64,000 nucleotides of DNA from an uncultured Pelagibacteraceae bacterium. Lineage in GTDB: Bacteria > Pseudomonadota > Alphaproteobacteria > Pelagibacterales > Pelagibacteraceae. Location: assembly GCA_902583455.1 (NCBI GenBank), contig CACHVY010000004.1, positions 33,929-97,928 on the forward strand, in the 5' to 3' direction. The number at the start of each line of letters is the position of its first letter. The first letter of the stretch is position 1. Positions 59,457 to 64,000 of this stretch are shown here, piece after piece. The notes under the pieces were generated by a model. It worked only from the letters and a program-made list of their open reading frames with translations. It searched no databases and was not told the origin of the DNA. A program made the translations under genes and the position numbers.

Positions 59457-60538
59457 TGCATTTAATTGTTACTAAAACATTTCCTCCAGAAGTAGGTGGC
59501 ATGCAAAATCTAATGTATGGTTTAGCTAAATCATTATCTGAAAATGTAATGATTAAAGTTTTTGCTGATCAATATCCAAATCAAGATAATTTTGATAAGG
59601 AATTATCGTTTTCAATTGAAAGGATAAGTGGACCAAAAATATTCAAAAAATACAGAAAAGCTAATTTAGTAAATACATATTTAGAGAATAATAAAAAAGT
59701 TAAAGCTATAATTTCAGATCATTGGAAAAGCCTTGAAAATATAAATACTAAAGTTAAAAAAATTTGCTTAATTCACTCCAAAGAAATTAATCATAAAAAA
59801 GGTTCTTTTATTAATAAAAGATTAATTAAAATTTTAAATAATTGTCATACAGTAGTTGCAAATTCTAATTTTACTAAAAATCTTGCTATAAGTGTTGGTG
59901 TTGACGAAAATAAAATTAAAGTAATTAACCCAGGTGTTTTCCCAATAGATAAAATAGATGACAAAATTTACAAAAATATAAAAAAGAAATTAGAGGGCAG
60001 AACTCCAAAATTAATTACAGTTGCTAGATTTGATAAGAGAAAAAACCATGAAAAAATTATTATGGCCCTTAGAAATTTAAAAGAAATTTATCCAAACATT
60101 ATTTATATTTGTATCGGACAAGGAGAAAATATTGATAATCTTAAAAAATTAATCACAGAACTTAAATTACAAGATCAGGTTATATTTCCAAAAAATTTAA
60201 CTAAAGATGAAAAAAATTCTTATCTAAAATGCTCCGATGTGTTTGTTATGCCTTCTATAGCTTATAAAAAGTCTGTTGAAGGGTTTGGAATAGTTTACGT
60301 AGAGGCAGCACAATTTGGGGTTCCTTCAATAGGTGGAAAAGATGGTGGAGCAGCAGACGCAATAGATCACGACCAGACAGGGTATATTTGTGATGGTAAT
60401 AGTTTAGATGATGTTTATCAATCAATTTCTAATATATTGGAAAACAATAAATATAAAGTTTTTGGGAAAAAAGCAGAAGAAATATCAAAAAAATTTTACT
60501 GGTCAGAAATTATAAAAAATTATTTAGAAATATTATAA
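59456..60538 (+). CDS. Glycosyltransferase family 4
   Basis: FPPEVGG, VARFDKRKN, EGFGIVYVEA. Confidence 0.9.
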   Translation: MHLIVTKTFPPEVGGMQNLMYGLAKSLSENVMIKVFADQYPNQDNFDKELSFSIERISGPKIFKKYRKANLVNTYLENNKKVKAIISDHWKSLENINTKVKKICLIHSKEINHKKGSFINKRLIKILNNCHTVVANSNFTKNLAISVGVDENKIKVINPGVFPIDKIDDKIYKNIKKKLEGRTPKLITVARFDKRKNHEKIIMALRNLKEIYPNIIYICIGQGENIDNLKKLITELKLQDQVIFPKNLTKDEKNSYLKCSDVFVMPSIAYKKSVEGFGIVYVEAAQFGVPSIGGKDGGAADAIDHDQTGYICDGNSLDDVYQSISNILENNKYKVFGKKAEEISKKFYWSEIIKNYLEIL

Positions 60539-61465
60539 GGTTATTTTTTCAAAAACTTTTTCAGCACTTAATTTATTTAAGTCACTTACCTGAATTGCTT
60601 TAAAATTATCTCTTTCTATACTTACTTTTTTTGCAGTTGTATGTGATCCAAACAATGTTAAACCTTTTACATTGAGATGAGCTGCCATATGTGCTGGGCC
60701 AGTATCATTCGCAATAACAAAACTGCTTTTTTTAATTAATGAAGATAACTGGGAAATATTCACTGCTTTACCATTGTTTAAAATTTTAATTGCATCATAT
60801 TGATCTGCTTCATTAATCTCGTTAGGACCAGGAGCAGTGATAATTTTAAATTGATCTTTATATTTTGCTTTAATCAAATTTATTAAATTATTAAAGTATG
60901 GCCACTTCTTTAATGTTAGATGAGGTGAACAAAATGGAAATAATAATATATAATTGGATAATTTGTATTCATTCATAATTTTCTCAATATCTACACAACT
61001 CCATGAGAAATCAGGAGACATTGTATGCTTTGTTTCTATTCCAGATGATTGAAGCTGATGATTAAACCTTTCAAGAACAGGGTTTTTGTCAAATTCCTCC
61101 TTGGTTTGGTCATTTGGCAAGGTTGTCTCTGAGGAACACCAAATATTTAAATTTGCATTAGGAAATAAAATTTTTTTATAAAAAGAAGTTCTTGACGAAT
61201 TTTGTAAGTCATAAACTTTAGTAAATTTATTTTTCTTTATCTTTTTCATTAAATTGTAAAGATAAATTAAATTAAATCTTGAAAGTCTTTTATCTAAAAT
61301 AATTTCTTTTAAAAAGCTATTTTTCCTAAATAGATCTATGTAGAGACTAGTGGTTAAAAGAAAAATATTATCAGTTGAATGGTGATCACAAATATCTTGA
61401 ATTGCACCGCTAGCTTGGGCTATATCTCCTAAAGATCCATGTTTTATGATTAATATATTAGACAT
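60533..61465 (-). CDS. Glycosyltransferase family 9 (heptosyltransferase-like)
   Basis: IKHGSLGD, DLQNS, KKWP, NDTGPAHMAA. Confidence 0.88.
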   Translation of the reverse strand: MSNILIIKHGSLGDIAQASGAIQDICDHHSTDNIFLLTTSLYIDLFRKNSFLKEIILDKRLSRFNLIYLYNLMKKIKKNKFTKVYDLQNSSRTSFYKKILFPNANLNIWCSSETTLPNDQTKEEFDKNPVLERFNHQLQSSGIETKHTMSPDFSWSCVDIEKIMNEYKLSNYILLFPFCSPHLTLKKWPYFNNLINLIKAKYKDQFKIITAPGPNEINEADQYDAIKILNNGKAVNISQLSSLIKKSSFVIANDTGPAHMAAHLNVKGLTLFGSHTTAKKVSIERDNFKAIQVSDLNKLSAEKVFEKITL

Positions 61466-61497
61466 ATTTTCAACAAGTTATCATATTAAAAAATTTT

Positions 61498-61887
61498 ATG
61501 AATAAAATTCTAGTTGAAGTTTCTGTTGGTGAGCTTTTTGATAAAATTTCTATTTTAGAAATAAAAAAAGATAAAATTAAAGATGAAGAAAAACTCAAAT
61601 ATATAATAGATGAGTATAATTTATTAAAAGAACAAATGGTAGATAAAGTAAAACTTAATGAAAAGTTGATTGGTTTATTTGACACTTTGAAAGATATAAA
61701 TTCTAAACTATGGGTAATTGAAGATGATAAGAGATTATGTGAAAAGAATTCTGATTTTGGTGAAAAATTTATAAAATTGTCTAGGGATATTCACTTTTTA
61801 AACGACAAAAGAGCTTCAATAAAACTTGAAATAAATAATCAAACTGGTTCTAAGATTAAAGAAATTAAGGAATACACTAGTTATTAA
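61498..61887 (+). CDS. DUF6165-like small coiled-coil protein
   Basis: VSVGELFDKISILEIK, LWVIEDDKR, NDKRA.IK, EIKEY. Confidence 0.7.
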   Translation: MNKILVEVSVGELFDKISILEIKKDKIKDEEKLKYIIDEYNLLKEQMVDKVKLNEKLIGLFDTLKDINSKLWVIEDDKRLCEKNSDFGEKFIKLSRDIHFLNDKRASIKLEINNQTGSKIKEIKEYTSY

Positions 61888-62555
61888 TAACTATACTTCT
61901 TCTCAAGATATCTAATAAAATTATGTATAATAAAGGTCATAAATAAATAAATTCCACCAGCCACTATAAAAACTTCTATTGGCTTAAAAGTTGTAGAAAT
62001 TATATATTTTGCTACTCCAGTCAAATCCATTAGTGTAACCGTGCTAGCTAATGATGTTCCTTTAAGCATTAATATTATCTCGTTTCCATAAGCAGGTAAT
62101 GATTGCCTTATGGCAATAGGTATTTGAATTTTATAAAATATAATTTTTTTAGAAATACCAAGACTGTCACCAGCTTCTATGAAACCCTTATTTATTGTTT
62201 CAAATGCTGACCTTAAAATTTCGGAAGTATAAGCACCTGTATTAAGAGAAAAAGCAATAATCGCACACCAATAAGGTTCTTTTAAAATAATCCATAAAAA
62301 AGAAGATCTTAAAAATTCTATCTGTCCTAATCCAAAGTATATAATAAATATTTGAACTAATAGAGGGGTGCCTCTAAATATGTATGAATAAAAATAAGAA
62401 AATTTATTTAAAAATATATTTTTATTTAATCTTAGAATTGCAAAAAAAAGTCCAAATATAAGTCCAAATATAAGTGATAAAGATAACAATTTTAAAGTTA
62501 CTAAAGTTGCATTTAAAAGCTTTGGGAAGCTACTTGCCATTAATTCTAAATCCAT
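61884..62555 (-). CDS. Polar amino acid ABC permease (HisM/OccM type)
   Basis: FRGTPLLVQ, AYTSEILR, KGTSLAS. Confidence 0.9.
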   Translation of the reverse strand: MDLELMASSFPKLLNATLVTLKLLSLSLIFGLIFGLFFAILRLNKNIFLNKFSYFYSYIFRGTPLLVQIFIIYFGLGQIEFLRSSFLWIILKEPYWCAIIAFSLNTGAYTSEILRSAFETINKGFIEAGDSLGISKKIIFYKIQIPIAIRQSLPAYGNEIILMLKGTSLASTVTLMDLTGVAKYIISTTFKPIEVFIVAGGIYLFMTFIIHNFIRYLEKKYSY

Positions 62556-63247
62556 TAGTAGCCTCTCCTGTATTTAATTTCTAATTTATTTATCAATTTC
62601 ATACTTAGAAAAGTTAATAGTAAATATAAAACCGCTGCAAAAGAGTAAAAGAATAATGGATCTCTTGTGGATCCAGCTGCAATATAAGATTGTCTCATAA
62701 TTTCAACCAAACCTGTAACTGAAATTAATGAAGTATCCTTTAAAGTAATTTGCCAAACATTACTTAAATTAGGAACAGCAAGTCTTAACATTTGAGGCAT
62801 TATCACTTTAAAAAAATGTACAGGTTTTTTTAAACCTAAAACTTTTGAAGCTTCGAATTGACCTTTGTCAATTGATTGGATAGCACCCCTAAAAACCTCT
62901 GTAGAGTATGCTCCTGAAATAATCCCAATTGCAAATGAACCTGTAATAAATGCATTTATCTCAATATATTTGTTATATCCAAAAATTGAAGCAACGTACA
63001 TAACTGCACCACTACCTCCAAAGAATAATAAATAAATAACTAATAATTCTGGCACACCTCTAATTATTGTTGTGTAAGAATTTCCAATAAAATTTAAAAA
63101 TTTATTTTTGGATAATTTAAGTGGAGTAAAAATTAGAGCAAAACAAAAGCCTATGATCATAGCTGTTATTGAAACAGCAATTGTCATTAATGTTGCTAAG
63201 AAAAGTTCATCTCCCCAGCCAGTATTTCCAAATGCTAAAAGATCCAT
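62555..63247 (-). CDS. Polar amino acid ABC permease (HisQ/OccQ type)
   Basis: RGVPELL, AYSTEVFRGA, GQFEA, KDTSL. Confidence 0.9.
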   Translation of the reverse strand: MDLLAFGNTGWGDELFLATLMTIAVSITAMIIGFCFALIFTPLKLSKNKFLNFIGNSYTTIIRGVPELLVIYLLFFGGSGAVMYVASIFGYNKYIEINAFITGSFAIGIISGAYSTEVFRGAIQSIDKGQFEASKVLGLKKPVHFFKVIMPQMLRLAVPNLSNVWQITLKDTSLISVTGLVEIMRQSYIAAGSTRDPLFFYSFAAVLYLLLTFLSMKLINKLEIKYRRGY

Positions 63248-63254
63248 ATTGAAA

Positions 63255-63277
63255 GGCGACTATAATATATAGTCGCC
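63255..63277 (-). terminator. Stem-loop after the substrate-binding protein gene
   Basis: GGCGACTATA-ATA-TATAGTCGCC, a perfect 10-bp stem. Confidence 0.7.
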
Positions 63278-63290
63278 AATCATTAAATAT

Positions 63291-64000
63291 TTACATTGAA
63301 GCGTCGAAGCCAAACCATTTAGTTGCAATTCGGCTGATGTCTCCGTTCTTTCTAGCTTTATTAATTGCACTGTTAAAAGCTTTTAATAGTTCAGTGTCAT
63401 CTTTTCTTATACCAACACCAACACCATTTCCAAAAGCACCTCCCGAAAATGTAGGCCCAACAAGTACGACTGGTTTTTTGGATTTCTCCGCATAATCAGT
63501 AAATGCTACTGCGGCAGCAAGAGCAACATCACATCTTCCAGATGCTAAATCTAAATTTACTTCATCCTGAGTTTTGTAAGTTCTGACGTTTACTTTACCC
63601 ACATCACCAGACTCTAAAAAGTTTTGGTGAATAGTCGCTGTTTGTACACATACAGTTTTGCCAGCTAAAGCTTCAGTTATAGTTTTTAAATCCTTTTTTA
63701 CAGCACCGGACTTTTTAGTAAGGTTAATTCCTTCAGACGTTTGCATACCTTCAAGATTTGAACCTTTCATTACCGCTAATGAAGCTACTTCATCTGCGTA
63801 ACCTTGTGAAAAATTTATAGCTTTTTTTCTTTCATCGGTAATAGACATTCCAGCCATTATTGCATCAAATTTTCTCATTATTAATGCAGGTATCATACCA
63901 TCCCAGTCTTGCTCAACAATTTCACACTGTTGTCCAATGTATCTACAAAGTGTCCATGCTAATTCAACTTCAAATCCAATTAATTTACCTGAAGCATCTT
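63291..64000 (-). CDS. Polar (basic) amino acid ABC substrate-binding protein; 5' end outside the window
   Basis: The frame stays open beyond 63896: DASGKLIGFEVELA...QDWDGMIPAL. Also AGMSITDERK and KWFG. Confidence 0.9.
   Translation of the reverse strand, partial: DASGKLIGFEVELAWTLCRYIGQQCEIVEQDWDGMIPALIMRKFDAIMAGMSITDERKKAINFSQGYADEVASLAVMKGSNLEGMQTSEGINLTKKSGAVKKDLKTITEALAGKTVCVQTATIHQNFLESGDVGKVNVRTYKTQDEVNLDLASGRCDVALAAAVAFTDYAEKSKKPVVLVGPTFSGGAFGNGVGVGIRKDDTELLKAFNSAINKARKNGDISRIATKWFGFDASM

Noticed and set aside
1-64000. CRISPR arrays, tRNA/rRNA genes, IS elements, prophage, reverse transcriptase/DGR
   Set aside because: None seen. Intergenic gaps are almost all under 120 nt. The repeat mismatches are mostly at third codon positions rather than adenine-specific, so a DGR template/variable pair is not supported.

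Overview
AT-rich, very compact alphaproteobacterial chromosome segment. Gene content, composition and frequent TAATG/ATGA stop-start overlaps point to SAR11/Pelagibacterales (inference). It holds about 60 CDS. Most are housekeeping or metabolic: ppc, purBCSQL, rpsD, cysS, glmS, prpDBC, nrdAB, dusA, rpoZ, a TRAP transporter and a polar amino-acid ABC transporter. I saw no rRNA, tRNA, CRISPR array, integrase or transposase. Most notable: (1) a lone LamG/Ig-like autotransporter-type gene sits between the functional rpsD 3' end and a degenerate 83-nt copy of it. This looks like a one-gene island with no integrase. (2) A tandem array of related autotransporter-like genes has divergent bodies but 87%-identical 153-nt 3' ends. 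Together, (1) and (2) suggest homology-anchored swapping of surface-protein cassettes. (3) A reduced, divergently arranged Anbu protease / circularly permuted ATP-grasp pair is translationally coupled to a glucosylglycerate synthesis and phosphorolysis operon, with operator-like repeats between the pair. (4) There is a half-length GlmU, NrdR plus LexA boxes upstream of an NrdA with no visible ATP-cone, and a cis-CaaD/Cg10062-type tautomerase with all catalytic residues in register. All calls come from reading motifs by eye; no database search was run.
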